Positions 33,992 through 44,600 of a DNA stretch of 64,000 bases are shown one piece after another. Both the position numbers and the translations under genes were made by a program. The stretch's first letter is position 1. Each line of letters begins with the position of its first letter. The DNA is from a virus. The notes beneath the pieces were generated by a model, which saw only the letters and a list, made by a program, of their open reading frames with translations, was not told where the DNA came from and did not search any database. The stretch lies in the IMG/VR virus record IMGVR_UViG_3300044623_000784, positions 1 through 64,000 of that record. The stretch is one strand, 5' to 3'.

Positions 33992-35398
33992 TTACTTTAG
34001 CAAAGCAACCTTTGCCTTTGGATTCTTCTTGTTCCATTGAAGAGCCAACTTGTTGAATGCAGTCTTTACAGACTTAAGTGCAGCAGCGTTATCTGCTGTC
34101 AACTTAGCAATCTGTGCATCCTTAGCAAGAAGAGCAGCATCTGATGCAGTCTTTGCATCTGCAAGTGACTTTGCACCCGCTACCTTCTCTGCTGCTACAG
34201 CATCTGCAACTGCCTTATCTGAAGCAGCCTTTGCATCTGCAAGTGCCTTATCTGATGTAGCCTTTAGATCAGCAAGTGCCTTGGCATGTGTAGCCTTTAG
34301 TTCTGCAAGTTCTGCAGTAAGTGTTGCAAGTGAAGCATTCGCTGCTTCCAAGTCCAACTTGAACTGTGCAATAATCTTATCTGCAGCAACGCCTGCATCT
34401 GCAAGTGCCTTTAGAGCGCTTGCTTCTGCCTTCTTTGCATCAGTTGCTTCTGCTGTTGCCTTTACTAGGTCAGCATTGGCCTTTGCTAGGCTTTCTGCAA
34501 GTGCAGACTTTGCCTTAATCTCTGCCTCTAGTTGAGCCTTTGTTGAAGCGTGTGCTGCTCTTTCAGAAGCAAGTGCTGCTCTTTCAGCAGAAAGTTCTGA
34601 TACTAGATCACGAACTGCGATCTCTGCAAAAGGTGCAAGTGCACGAGCAGGTAGACCAATTACATCTGCAGTTGTTGCATCTGAAGCAGTTGTTGGAGCA
34701 AATGTAATAAGTGAACGAGTTCCAGTTGCTGGGAGTGTTGCACTAAACTTTGCAACTCCAAAATCTGAAAGTGTAGCACCAGTTGTTACTGTTGCTGTGT
34801 CCATAACTGCTGTTGAAGCAAATACGGTTGCTGTAATTGACTTACCAGATACCTTGTTACCAAATGTATCTGTAGCAGTTACTGTAATCTCTTGCTTAGT
34901 TCCTGCTGCGCCTGTTGTAGGTGCTGAAACTGTTAGGTTGTTAATCTTTCCAGCAGTACCCTGTACATAGTATGTAAGAGTTGTTCCACCGTTGTTGATT
35001 ACAACTGTACCAATTGCTGTTGTCTTTGTGTAGACAAAAAATGTTGCAGTTGTTCCAGTACCTGTTGCAATTGTCAAAGATGATGATCCTGACGATGCTC
35101 CGACTGGTGCTGCTGATGTGTGTAGTGCTGATACGATTGTTGCGTTAGTTGCTGATGCAGTAACTGATGTTCCTGCTGCTACTGTTGCTACAAAACGCAA
35201 TGCATCTGCTGCATCGATTGTGTTATCTGCTGGGACTGGTAATGTAGCAGGTGTTGCGATTACACCGTTAGTAGTGTTTGCTACTGAGTCTAGTGTTACT
35301 GCGACTGTCATTACTGTAGCATTTGCAGGTGCTACTGCGACCATGCCCAAAGTCATGGCTGCAACCACGGCTAGTGCGATTTTCTTAAATGAATTCAT
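33992..35398 (-). CDS. secreted surface-type protein (Ig-like beta region plus Ala/Lys coiled coil)
   Basis: Signal peptide MNSFKKIAL...APANA, VTATDTFGN.V, long helical tail. Confidence 0.75.
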   Translation of the reverse strand: MNSFKKIALAVVAAMTLGMVAVAPANATVMTVAVTLDSVANTTNGVIATPATLPVPADNTIDAADALRFVATVAAGTSVTASATNATIVSALHTSAAPVGASSGSSSLTIATGTGTTATFFVYTKTTAIGTVVINNGGTTLTYYVQGTAGKINNLTVSAPTTGAAGTKQEITVTATDTFGNKVSGKSITATVFASTAVMDTATVTTGATLSDFGVAKFSATLPATGTRSLITFAPTTASDATTADVIGLPARALAPFAEIAVRDLVSELSAERAALASERAAHASTKAQLEAEIKAKSALAESLAKANADLVKATAEATDAKKAEASALKALADAGVAADKIIAQFKLDLEAANASLATLTAELAELKATHAKALADLKATSDKALADAKAASDKAVADAVAAEKVAGAKSLADAKTASDAALLAKDAQIAKLTADNAAALKSVKTAFNKLALQWNKKNPKAKVALLK

Positions 35399-35413
35399 TT
35401 TATTCCTTTTCTG

Positions 35414-37210
35414 TTATAGTGTTTTTAGTCCATCCAAATAGTCTTGGATATCTGCTATTTGGCTAGGTTTATATTGTATCACATTTCGACTTTCTAAGTC
35501 AAATTGCTCTTCTGGAGTTTTTGGTCTATCCTTAAAAGTATGAACCTCTACTTCAGTGTCTATATTTTTTGGGGTATGTGATATTGCCCCAAATATTGCT
35601 CCACACACAGCATCAGCCAAGTCCTTTGACTTTTTGCGTGGGTGGTCAACTCTATCATTTTTCATAATCTTTAACTGTGTTAGTTCATCAAACAATAAAT
35701 CTATTGCAGGCATGGCAAGTCTTTCCTCATATACAAGCATAGCCATGTCCTCGTAGTGCTTCTTGGCAACAGAAACAGTATCAGTCTTCATTCCAACCTG
35801 CTTCAACTCATTTTGAATATCAAATGACTGCCAACGGTCAAAGGAAACCATTCCAATATCAAACCCAAGCCTTCTAAGGTTTTGGATCCACTGTTTTACT
35901 TCAGATAAATTAACTGGGCCTTCAACCTTTGGCTCCCACCATGCTACTGCATCTACTACTACGATAGGGGCTACCTGTTCATAATTATTAATTACTTGAA
36001 TGTTTACCCATTTTTCTACATGTGCAATTGCTACCGCACACTTATCGTGCTTCTGTGCAAGGTCAGCGTGTACATAATATTTTTTTGTTGGATCTGGTTT
36101 AAATGAATCGTCAAACCTTCTAAAGTTATCTACAGGGTTTCTTAATGTCATACAGGCTCTTACCTTGTCTGCCTGCTTAAAGAATGCATCAGAAGCAAAG
36201 GTTGGTACACATGCAAAGCGCATCATAGCATCTCCAAGGTCTGTCATGAATGCAATCATAAAGTCATCGATCTTGCGTGTAGGGTTTACTTCCCATGTAG
36301 GTCTCTTTAATGCGAATACTCCTGGATATTTGTATGAAATGATTTGATCTTCGTCCCACGAAATTTCAAAGTTGTTATCTGGACTATCTTCTGGTAGTAG
36401 TGGATTAATTGTAAACTTGTGACTTCTTTCTACAACTTCTTTCTCAGCAACAACATCATCATACTTTTCTGAAATAAAGTCACCTGGATAACGGGGGAAT
36501 GATAAAAGAACTACCTTGCCAAGATCTGGGAAGCGAGAGTCTACTGATCCACGGAAAGCCTTGTAGATATTATCAGCAGTCTTTCCTTGTTCATTGCCTG
36601 TTCCGACCTCAGATGCAAAACCAGAAATCTCATCAAGAACTGCAAGAAGAAGGTTCAAACCCTCATGGGATTCACGCTCTGAGTGACCAGAATAAACAGT
36701 GATTGCCTTATCAAACTCGATAGAGTCAGCCTTAGCATAATACTTTCCTGCAAACCATGGAGATCTTTCAATCTTTGACTTAAAACCTTTAAAGAAAACA
36801 TTCTTTGCTTGTTGAGCGTTAATAGCAACGTTAATCAAATCAATAGCATCTCCAGAGGGCTTACCAAAATACTTTGCTGGATCTTTAAGGCATAGAAGTT
36901 TGTATACAATGTATGAGCATGCTACGGTTGATGTGAAGTCTTTTCCAGATCCCTTGCCAAGTTGAAGAATGATTTCATTTTTTGTATACTTGTTGTAGTA
37001 CTGAGTTCCTTTTTCTTCCCCCAGCAAATTTATAAGATCTTCTTTTCGATAGATCTGACTCATGGCTTCTACGATGTCGTACTGAATATCAGACAGGGGT
37101 GGCTGTCCAAGGTATGCTTCACCTTCAACAAAAGTTCTTGCATCTACTGGAGTTTCTTCAAAGTGATCATCTTGAAGTGCTTCAAGAAACTCATTGAACA
37201 TCGTGGACAA
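35414..37210 (-). CDS. terminase large subunit
   Basis: GKGSGKD Walker A, VLDE Walker B, HADLA and KDLADA nuclease motifs. Confidence 0.9.
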   Translation of the reverse strand: MSTMFNEFLEALQDDHFEETPVDARTFVEGEAYLGQPPLSDIQYDIVEAMSQIYRKEDLINLLGEEKGTQYYNKYTKNEIILQLGKGSGKDFTSTVACSYIVYKLLCLKDPAKYFGKPSGDAIDLINVAINAQQAKNVFFKGFKSKIERSPWFAGKYYAKADSIEFDKAITVYSGHSERESHEGLNLLLAVLDEISGFASEVGTGNEQGKTADNIYKAFRGSVDSRFPDLGKVVLLSFPRYPGDFISEKYDDVVAEKEVVERSHKFTINPLLPEDSPDNNFEISWDEDQIISYKYPGVFALKRPTWEVNPTRKIDDFMIAFMTDLGDAMMRFACVPTFASDAFFKQADKVRACMTLRNPVDNFRRFDDSFKPDPTKKYYVHADLAQKHDKCAVAIAHVEKWVNIQVINNYEQVAPIVVVDAVAWWEPKVEGPVNLSEVKQWIQNLRRLGFDIGMVSFDRWQSFDIQNELKQVGMKTDTVSVAKKHYEDMAMLVYEERLAMPAIDLLFDELTQLKIMKNDRVDHPRKKSKDLADAVCGAIFGAISHTPKNIDTEVEVHTFKDRPKTPEEQFDLESRNVIQYKPSQIADIQDYLDGLKTL

Positions 37211-37727
37211 CTGTAATCACCTCGTTGTCTTTTGCAAATGAAGAAAGCCTACGCATAATCTCATCACGAACCTGTGGATATTCTGAGGCAATATCTTTTA
37301 AAATAAGAACAAGAATCTCTTGACGCTTTTCAATTTCCATCATCTCTTCAGCAAGTTCTTTGTTCTCAAGCAATCCAGCCTTCTGAAGCATGTCAATACG
37401 CTTTGACTCAATATCCATTACAAGTTTAATGGCTGCAGTCTTTGCACTGAGATTGTTAGTCATAGATGCCTCATCAATAACTTCATATGTGCGAGATACC
37501 AACTTGCTGTAGTGAGTGTCTGCTGCTGCCAGTGCCTCTTTAGCACGAGCACGAATAGCGTCGTTGGCTGAGGCCATGACCTTCCACTCATTAATAAGTG
37601 TTACTACTCTTTGTCTTGGTATAGCAAGTTGTTTTGAGATTACTGTTGGATCATTACCCTTTAGGTATTCTTCCACTACCAAGTTGACTTGGTCAAGATG
37701 CTTAACTAGATCGTCTTCAGTTGACAT
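37191..37727 (-). CDS. probable terminase small subunit (HTH plus helical)
   Basis: N-terminal HTH-like segment; directly upstream of TerL. Confidence 0.6.
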   Translation of the reverse strand: MSTEDDLVKHLDQVNLVVEEYLKGNDPTVISKQLAIPRQRVVTLINEWKVMASANDAIRARAKEALAAADTHYSKLVSRTYEVIDEASMTNNLSAKTAAIKLVMDIESKRIDMLQKAGLLENKELAEEMMEIEKRQEILVLILKDIASEYPQVRDEIMRRLSSFAKDNEVITVVHDVQ

Positions 37728-37959
37728 ACTTGCCTTCCAGCCTGTTGATCTCATCTTTAATATAGAAAATTGCCTTCTCTAAATCTTGTATGGTCTTTGC
37801 TTCATCCTTAAGTCCTGCTCTCCAAAGATACTTGAAAGCATTACCAATATTAAAATTACGATGACGAGTTATCTCAATGCACTCAATGCCAGATGGATCT
37901 GATGTGTAGTGCAGTGGATTATTTACTTGGTCAACGGTTATGTTTAGATTATCACTCAT
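37717..37959 (-). CDS. DUF3310 family protein
   Basis: DQVNNPLHY, IECI, GNAFKYLWRAG.K, DLEKA.FY. Confidence 0.88.
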   Translation of the reverse strand: MSDNLNITVDQVNNPLHYTSDPSGIECIEITRHRNFNIGNAFKYLWRAGLKDEAKTIQDLEKAIFYIKDEINRLEGKYVN

Positions 37960-38086
37960 AAGATTCCTCTTCATCAGATTCCCAATCAAATGTTTCTGGA
38001 ATACCTTTTAACGCAGCAAACGCAAACGCAAAACCAACGCTACCTGCAACGGCAAGTGCTATCAATGCTTTTTCAAATTTATTCAT
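37952..38086 (-). CDS. small membrane protein (44 aa)
   Basis: MNKFEKALIALAVAG...; coupled. Confidence 0.55.
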   Translation of the reverse strand: MNKFEKALIALAVAGSVGFAFAFAALKGIPETFDWESDEEESYE

Positions 38087-38238
38087 CGTTTTGATTTCCT
38101 TAGTCCAAACTTAGCAAGATAAACATAGATAGTCTCTAATGAACATCCACATTCCTTTGCAATTTCTTCTGGTGTTTTTTTATCCATAAGGTACCTCTTA
38201 CGCATAAAGGTTTCACTTGTATATAGTTTAGCAGCCAT
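38083..38238 (-). CDS. small HTH DNA-binding protein (51 aa)
   Basis: TPEEIAKECGCSLETIYVYLAKFGL. Confidence 0.75.
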   Translation of the reverse strand: MAAKLYTSETFMRKRYLMDKKTPEEIAKECGCSLETIYVYLAKFGLRKSKR

Positions 38239-38242
38239 GATA

Positions 38243-38833
38243 CTAGTTGTCAACTCCAATTGCTTTTCCCCAATTCTTTAGTGCCCAGTGACCGATACCA
38301 CAAGCGTCTGCGACATCGTTATCTGTAATTGTCCTATCATAAATTGTATTAATAAACTTTATAGTTCTTTCTTTTCTAAGCATACGCTCATGCGCTTTAT
38401 AGTAAGACTCAGACTTTCCAGGTATTTGTGAACGAATAAACAACTGTTCATCCTTAGATATTTTTTTATTACCTATAAAATTTTGCCAAGTAATAGGAGA
38501 AACTTTTCCTATAACTTTTGTCCCAGTCTGTCCTGCTGATCCAAGTATTGCTCCCTGAACCAAAGCAAGATCTGCTGCAGTCTTTGGGCTATTCATAAAT
38601 ACAGTATGCTCAATTACAATTGCTTCAAAACCACCGTAAATATCAAAGAATGCTTTTACTTTTTTACCAGCATCCATAACCTTTTCGTATACATTATTTC
38701 CTTCAAAATATATTTTCCCTACAGACTCAAGATCATCGCCAGAAAATAATGCAAAGGCAAGGCTGTTTGTGCTGGCATCAATAGCACAAATTTTATCTGG
38801 CTTTACTTCTAGACCCCACTTATTTTTTACCAT
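38243..38833 (-). CDS. RuvC-like Holliday junction resolvase
   Basis: AIDAST, IVIE, DVADACGIG. Confidence 0.8.
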   Translation of the reverse strand: MVKNKWGLEVKPDKICAIDASTNSLAFALFSGDDLESVGKIYFEGNNVYEKVMDAGKKVKAFFDIYGGFEAIVIEHTVFMNSPKTAADLALVQGAILGSAGQTGTKVIGKVSPITWQNFIGNKKISKDEQLFIRSQIPGKSESYYKAHERMLRKERTIKFINTIYDRTITDNDVADACGIGHWALKNWGKAIGVDN

Positions 38834-39104
38834 TTATTTTTCCTTTTATTTCTTTTATTGCTTTAATGACTGCATCAGGATTTACGCTGCAAGATGAGCA
38901 AACTGGATCATCATTGTATATAGAAAGTGGTGTTGAACAGGACTTGCAAAGTCTTGTCTTGCCTTTTCTTTTTTGTCTTTTAGATTGAAGATACCTTGCT
39001 GCAATCTTTTCTTTTGTTGCGATGTCTCTACAGTTTGGAGAACAGTATATTTGATAAGATACTGTTGGCTCAAAGTTGTTGTCGCAGCATTTACAATTGT
39101 TCAC
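38820..39104 (-). CDS. Cys-rich Zn-binding hypothetical protein
   Basis: Four CxxC-like pairs. Confidence 0.75.
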   Translation of the reverse strand: MNNCKCCDNNFEPTVSYQIYCSPNCRDIATKEKIAARYLQSKRQKRKGKTRLCKSCSTPLSIYNDDPVCSSCSVNPDAVIKAIKEIKGKINGKK

Positions 39105-39906
39105 CGAGAATCTCCAAGGGTGCTATTTTTAACACGCCTGGACCTGCAGACTCACATGCTTTTTTAATTGGGCATGACTTGCATATCTTGGAGTTTGATC
39201 TATAGTTTTTGTTTGGCAGGGTTCTGTCTTCCCATGTCTTTCGAACTAGTCTCATCCAATCAAATGCCTGGTCTACCCACCGACGGTAATGATCGTTTAC
39301 ATCTACAGGTATCAAAAGAAGTTCATGATTATTTTTATTTTCATAAATCATGACACCTGTTGGTTTCTTTAAGATTTTCATATAGATAAGTAGTTGCATC
39401 AAGTGACCAGTCTTGGCCTTTCCAGATGCCTTTCTATATTCAAACCCTTCGTTCATCATTGTTTTAATTTCACCAATGAGTTCTTCTCCTTGCCAATTAA
39501 ACATGACATCCCCATACCCAAAGATAGGAGGATCTTCATTTATAATCTTAAACTCTGTTGTTGCTTCATTATTTTCATCACGAAAAACCTTAACAATACC
39601 AGCATTTAGCATTGCGTTTTGAATTCTTGCATGTGATAGAGTGCCAGCAGTCATATTGGCTGCGCTATAAGCATCTGCATTATCTTCGAACATCTGCCCA
39701 TCAAAAGCAAGGTACCAGTATCTTGCACACTCTCCATGTCCGTAGGCAATGGTTGATGGTGCAAAAGTCTTCTTTGTTGTGTGCTTATCTACACGAGTAA
39801 TCGTATAGCCTTCTTTAATCTTTGCCTCAAGTCCCGCTATATCCATGCGGTGAATCGGCTTTTCTTCTGGCTTTATCATTACAGTGTGCAGTAAATTCTT
39901 CGTCAT
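39091..39906 (-). CDS. PD-(D/E)XK / Cas4-like exonuclease
   Basis: CAR, GT..H, G..D, EIKT, QLLIY, C..CP....C. Confidence 0.85.
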   Translation of the reverse strand: MTKNLLHTVMIKPEEKPIHRMDIAGLEAKIKEGYTITRVDKHTTKKTFAPSTIAYGHGECARYWYLAFDGQMFEDNADAYSAANMTAGTLSHARIQNAMLNAGIVKVFRDENNEATTEFKIINEDPPIFGYGDVMFNWQGEELIGEIKTMMNEGFEYRKASGKAKTGHLMQLLIYMKILKKPTGVMIYENKNNHELLLIPVDVNDHYRRWVDQAFDWMRLVRKTWEDRTLPNKNYRSNSKICKSCPIKKACESAGPGVLKIAPLEILGEQL

Positions 39907-39940
39907 CGTTTCTCATTTCAGTTAGTATAAGTATAGCAGA

Positions 39941-40246
39941 TTAGCGTGTAATATATTTGAGTGCAGACACTAAATTATTAAGCGACTCTGCTGCCGTATA
40001 ATAAAGGTTCTTCTTTCCACGATCCGACTTGTCAACATTAGCCATCCAGGTAGCCTTAAAAGCCATCTTTGCAGCAATTGCCTGAAGCCTTACAATCTCT
40101 ACGTGAGCAACATTGATTGGGATGTCTGGCTTTATAATTAGTTTAGCAATCATTGTTAGTGCTACCGTAAGTTCTTCGTCTTGCATATAGTCTGCGATCT
40201 CTGAAAGACCATTGACCATGTCTATTGTTGTTCCCTGCTGTTCCAT
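39941..40246 (-). CDS. hypothetical protein
   Basis: 101-aa helical ORF. Confidence 0.8.
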   Translation of the reverse strand: MEQQGTTIDMVNGLSEIADYMQDEELTVALTMIAKLIIKPDIPINVAHVEIVRLQAIAAKMAFKATWMANVDKSDRGKKNLYYTAAESLNNLVSALKYITR

Positions 40247-40527
40247 TATTCCTCCACCATGTCTTCTAGAATACTCATCTCAATTATAGCAAGTCTGACC
40301 TTAGAGTTGCCCTCGCCTATTACGACTACTATGGCTGGGTCCTTGCCATTCTTCATGGCATCAGTAGTAGCCTTTGCCCAAACCTCTTTATTCAATGTAA
40401 AAGATTTTCCAACTTCTTTAAAGTCTACGACAAAGTTTTTCCAAGAGGCATCTCCCTTTTGGGTATTACGCCCAGAGTTCTTGTGCTGCTTGGCACCTAT
40501 TCTTTTAGACTCACTCTTCTCCGTCAA
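40246..40527 (-). CDS. Hjc-like PD-(D/E)XK resolvase
   Basis: NSG...KGD...DFK. Confidence 0.65.
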   Translation of the reverse strand: MTEKSESKRIGAKQHKNSGRNTQKGDASWKNFVVDFKEVGKSFTLNKEVWAKATTDAMKNGKDPAIVVVIGEGNSKVRLAIIEMSILEDMVEE

Positions 40528-40687
40528 AATCCTTCTTCTTTCTTTTACCTAAATAGACTTTTGTCAAGTGCTTATCTTTGCACATCCAACTTAACATTTT
40601 TTCATCTGCATAGCATCTTAGTGTTGGAACTATAGCCTTGCATGTGTGGCAAACCCATTGACCTTGATATATAGTAAAATTAGCCAT
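40511..40687 (-). CDS. small Zn-ribbon protein (58 aa)
   Basis: CHTC...WMCKDKH, hand-read. Confidence 0.6.
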   Translation of the reverse strand: MANFTIYQGQWVCHTCKAIVPTLRCYADEKMLSWMCKDKHLTKVYLGKRKKKDFDGEE

Positions 40688-41696
40688 TTAGTTTGGCCTT
40701 GATTGATTCTTGCAAATCAAGATCCTCCCTTACACGATTAACAAATGCTTCCTTGCCTTGCACCTTTGTGCCGTCAGGAAGTATATACCAAGCACCAGTT
40801 CGTTCTACAATACCATTTAGTTCTGCGGTAGTAACCAGATCACCAATGGTATCAAGACCAATATCATCACCTCTAAAGTAAAAATCATACTCACCAGACT
40901 GGAACCCTGGAGAGGTTTTGGAGAACTGTAGTTCCCACTTAATAGTTCTACCAATCTTTTCTTCAATTAATTTATCTCCTACCTTGATCTTGCCCTTAAT
41001 CGCTTGATTGTCTGACTCTGAAGAAAAGAGTTTAACAATACATGAGGAATAAAACTTAGTAGCCTGACCACCAGAAGGCTGCTGGCTAGTATACATAGCA
41101 TTGATATTGTTACGAGACTGAGAAATAAGAACAAGCAAAGTTGGCTTAACTTTATTGTTTGCATAGTTAAGCATTTTCCATGCGTTACTAAAGTCACGGG
41201 ATTCGGCTCCAATCTGTTTAGTGTTTTCTAATGCCTTCATTTCATCTGTATCTTTTTCAAAATAGATTGCTGGAAGCATTGATGTAATAGAGTCTACCAC
41301 AATTAGGTCTACGCCAGCGTTCATTAACCCAACACCTACGTCTACCATGTCGCTAATAGTTCTTGCTTGTGAGTAGATTAATTTTTCTGGATCTACCCCC
41401 AAAGTTCTTGCCCAGTCTTCTGAGTATGACATCTCTGAGTCAATCCATGCACACAGTTTGCCTTCGGCCTGTGCCAAAGCAATCATCTGAAGGCACATAG
41501 ATGACTTTGCAGAAGACTTAGATCCCCAGATAAGTACTTGCCTGCCATACGGTAGTCCTCCACCTAGGGCACGGTTTAAGCCAAAACTAGGAGTAGGTTG
41601 ATACTCATAGTTGACACCTACCCCACTACCCAATCTCTTTCTTAACTTAGGGTCTAACTGTGCTAATGCTTCTTCTATACTAACTGACATGTACAT
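40680..41696 (-). CDS. recA: RecA/UvsX-like recombinase
   Basis: LGGGLP.GR, GSKSSAKS, WIDSE, VVDS, SGG.A.KFY, GAWY. Confidence 0.9.
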   Translation of the reverse strand: MYMSVSIEEALAQLDPKLRKRLGSGVGVNYEYQPTPSFGLNRALGGGLPYGRQVLIWGSKSSAKSSMCLQMIALAQAEGKLCAWIDSEMSYSEDWARTLGVDPEKLIYSQARTISDMVDVGVGLMNAGVDLIVVDSITSMLPAIYFEKDTDEMKALENTKQIGAESRDFSNAWKMLNYANNKVKPTLLVLISQSRNNINAMYTSQQPSGGQATKFYSSCIVKLFSSESDNQAIKGKIKVGDKLIEEKIGRTIKWELQFSKTSPGFQSGEYDFYFRGDDIGLDTIGDLVTTAELNGIVERTGAWYILPDGTKVQGKEAFVNRVREDLDLQESIKAKLNG

Positions 41697-44600
41697 CCTC
41701 CAATGTTACTGTTCCGTCTTTAGTCTTGCCAAAACTAAACTTGTACGACTTTCCTTCTTCAATATGCATATATGCTTTTGCAAATGATGTAGGGAATACT
41801 GTGATAGAGTGTAAGTCCCTGCTTGTGTCTGCAAGTGTAAGAGATGCCATCTTTTTTCCAGTCTTTGTAATTCTTGGCTTAAAAGAAACTACAAACATTT
41901 CATCATCCTTGTATGGTAACTGCTTGTAACTTAAGAACTTTACAAGAGCATGCGATGATTCTTTTATCTCGTCTGAAGGTATGAAAGAAACAATCCTGTT
42001 ATCATTACACAAGACAAGATAAGAACGACCCGTCTCAATAGTTGTATTTTCATCGTCAAATATACCGACACTGCCAGTTTTGTCCAAAATTTCAACTCGT
42101 GACCATCCTGTTCCTCGTTTAATTGATTTTACCATACCCATAAATATGTATGATCCTTTTTCTTCAAAGTCAACAATGTCCTGAATGAATGCATAATAAT
42201 GAGAAGGTATTGTGATATTAAACTCTGGAAGATTTAAATACTCATACAAATTCTCTTTAATCTCTTGATCATTTCTGGGATTGTCATTAAATGTTGCAGC
42301 GCCTATTGCTCTTAGTGCCTGTAGTGCACGACTGTTTACTCCGTTGCCCTTGGTAAATGTAAATTCTTCAAGTTCTTTATACGAATTGAATGGTCGTGCT
42401 GATATGTATCGCTCACCAATCTTGTCAGATATGAACTTGATAGAACTGAGTCCAAACCGAATGCCTTTACCCTCAATTTTAAAATCAATATCCGAATCGT
42501 TAATGTGAGGTAACTTAACGCTAATGCCCATTCTTTTTGCTTCAATAAGATATTCAGTTCTCGCATCTTTGTCCTTTTCATTCTTTAGCACTGAGTACAT
42601 AAACTCAAGTGGGTAATAATACTTTAGCCATGCTGTCCAATAAGACAGAGTTGAGTATGCTACTGCGTGAGACTTGTTAAACGAGTACCCTGCGTGAGCC
42701 TCAAAGTCATGCCATAGATCACGAGCAGCGTTGGGAGCAATAAACTTTGATGCACCTTCTACAAACTTTTCTTTAAACTGATCAAATTCTTTAGCATCCT
42801 TCTTCTTTCCAATGATCTTTCTAACTTTATCTGCTTCCGACATGGACATACCGCCAAGGTGTACGCATGCTTGCATAACTTGCTCCTGGTAAAGAATACA
42901 GCCATAGGTGTCCTCCGTAAATTGTTTTAATACTTGGTGCGTATAAGAAATGTTTTGACGACCATGCTTGCGATCAACATAGTCCTTTCCGATAGTGTTC
43001 ATTGCACCTGGACGAACAAGAGCATTTGATGCTGCAAGTTCGTTTAGATTCTTGACACCCATCTTAACAAGAAGGTTTGTGTACGGTGCTGCTTCACACT
43101 GGAATACACCCTTTGTATATCCATCAGATAGCATCTGATAAACATTAGCATCATCCATTTTAATTTTAAGAAGGTCAATCTTCTTTCCATCTCGTTCTTT
43201 AATAATATCGATTGTATTTTTCAGAACAGATAAAGTTTTAAGACCCAACGCATCAATCTTAATCAAGCCAATTCTTTCAGCCTCTTCCATGTCAACACCC
43301 ACAACAGGAATTCTTTCATCAGACCCAGTAGAAGATCTTGTTTCAAGTGGTGCGTACCTAAAGATTGGTTCTTTTGCAGTTACAACACCTGCAGCATGGA
43401 TTCCTGTACCACGAATTCGACCACGTAGTTGCTCTCCATAAATCTCCACCTCTGGATACTTTTCACGGAACTCGTATGTTGATTTAGATGTACAGAAGTC
43501 ATCCCATGTGTCTACAGTTTTCAATACTTTATTCACGTCCGATAGCGGAATGTTTAATACTCGTGCAACGTCTCTCACAATTCCCTTACCTGTAAACTCA
43601 AGGAAGGTGGCAATAGATGCAACATGTCGATACTGTCTAACAAGATAATCTTTAACTTCTTCACGACGAGTATCCTGAATATCTGTATCAATATCTGGAA
43701 AGTCATTACGCTCAGGATTAATAAAGCGGAAAAAGAGAAGGTTGTGCTCAATAGGATCAATATCTGTAATCTTTAGTGCATAACAAACCAGAGAGCCAGC
43801 AGACGAACCACGACCTGGACCAACCAGAATCTCTTCTTTCTTGGCCCAGTTGATCATGTTACTCACAACAAGGAAGTATGGAGCAAACTTTTTATCCTTA
43901 ATAATCTGTAACTCTTCTTCAAGTCTATCTAGATATTCTTGGTTTTCTGACAAACCTCGTTCTGCCAAACCTTCTAATGCTACCTTTGCAAGTTCTTTGT
44001 CAGGGCTTTTGTATTGTACTGGTAGAAGGTTTAGACCTTCTTGAATTCCATAGTCTCCTACTGTGTCTGCTAATAGGAGTGTGTTTGAGTATATGTCTGG
44101 TCGGTCAATACCCTGCGATTCCATGGCTGCTTTCATCTCTTCATATGATAGAAGGTGGATATCAAACTTATTAAATGTAATCTGACGGTCTTCGCCATAA
44201 AGATAGTCAAGGCGTTCCATCATGCTGCCCTTTTTCTTTGACTTTTCATATGTTGCATCTTTTACGAACTTGCCGTGTGTGTTCATGAGCAACTTAAACT
44301 CTTGAACTTCCTTTTGTGATGGATCGACATGGTGGCAGTCTGGTGTCACAATAACCTTAATACCAAACTCATCTGCAAGTTCTATTAAATACTTATTGAT
44401 GTGTGCTTCGTTATGGGGCATAACCTCAATGTAGTAGTCGTCAGCAAAGCGCTCTTTGAACCAAGAGATATATTTCTTTGCGAGAGCAAACTCTTCTTCC
44501 TCAAGTGCTTTAACTAAAACGCTACTTGGGCAAGCAGAAGAAACAATGATTCCTTCTTTATACTTTTCCAATATACTAAAATCAAATCTTGGCTTCTTAA

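Noticed and set aside
39091-39906. Cas4-like gene as a CRISPR-Cas component
   Set aside because: Solo nuclease within the recombination module; no cas1/cas2 or array.
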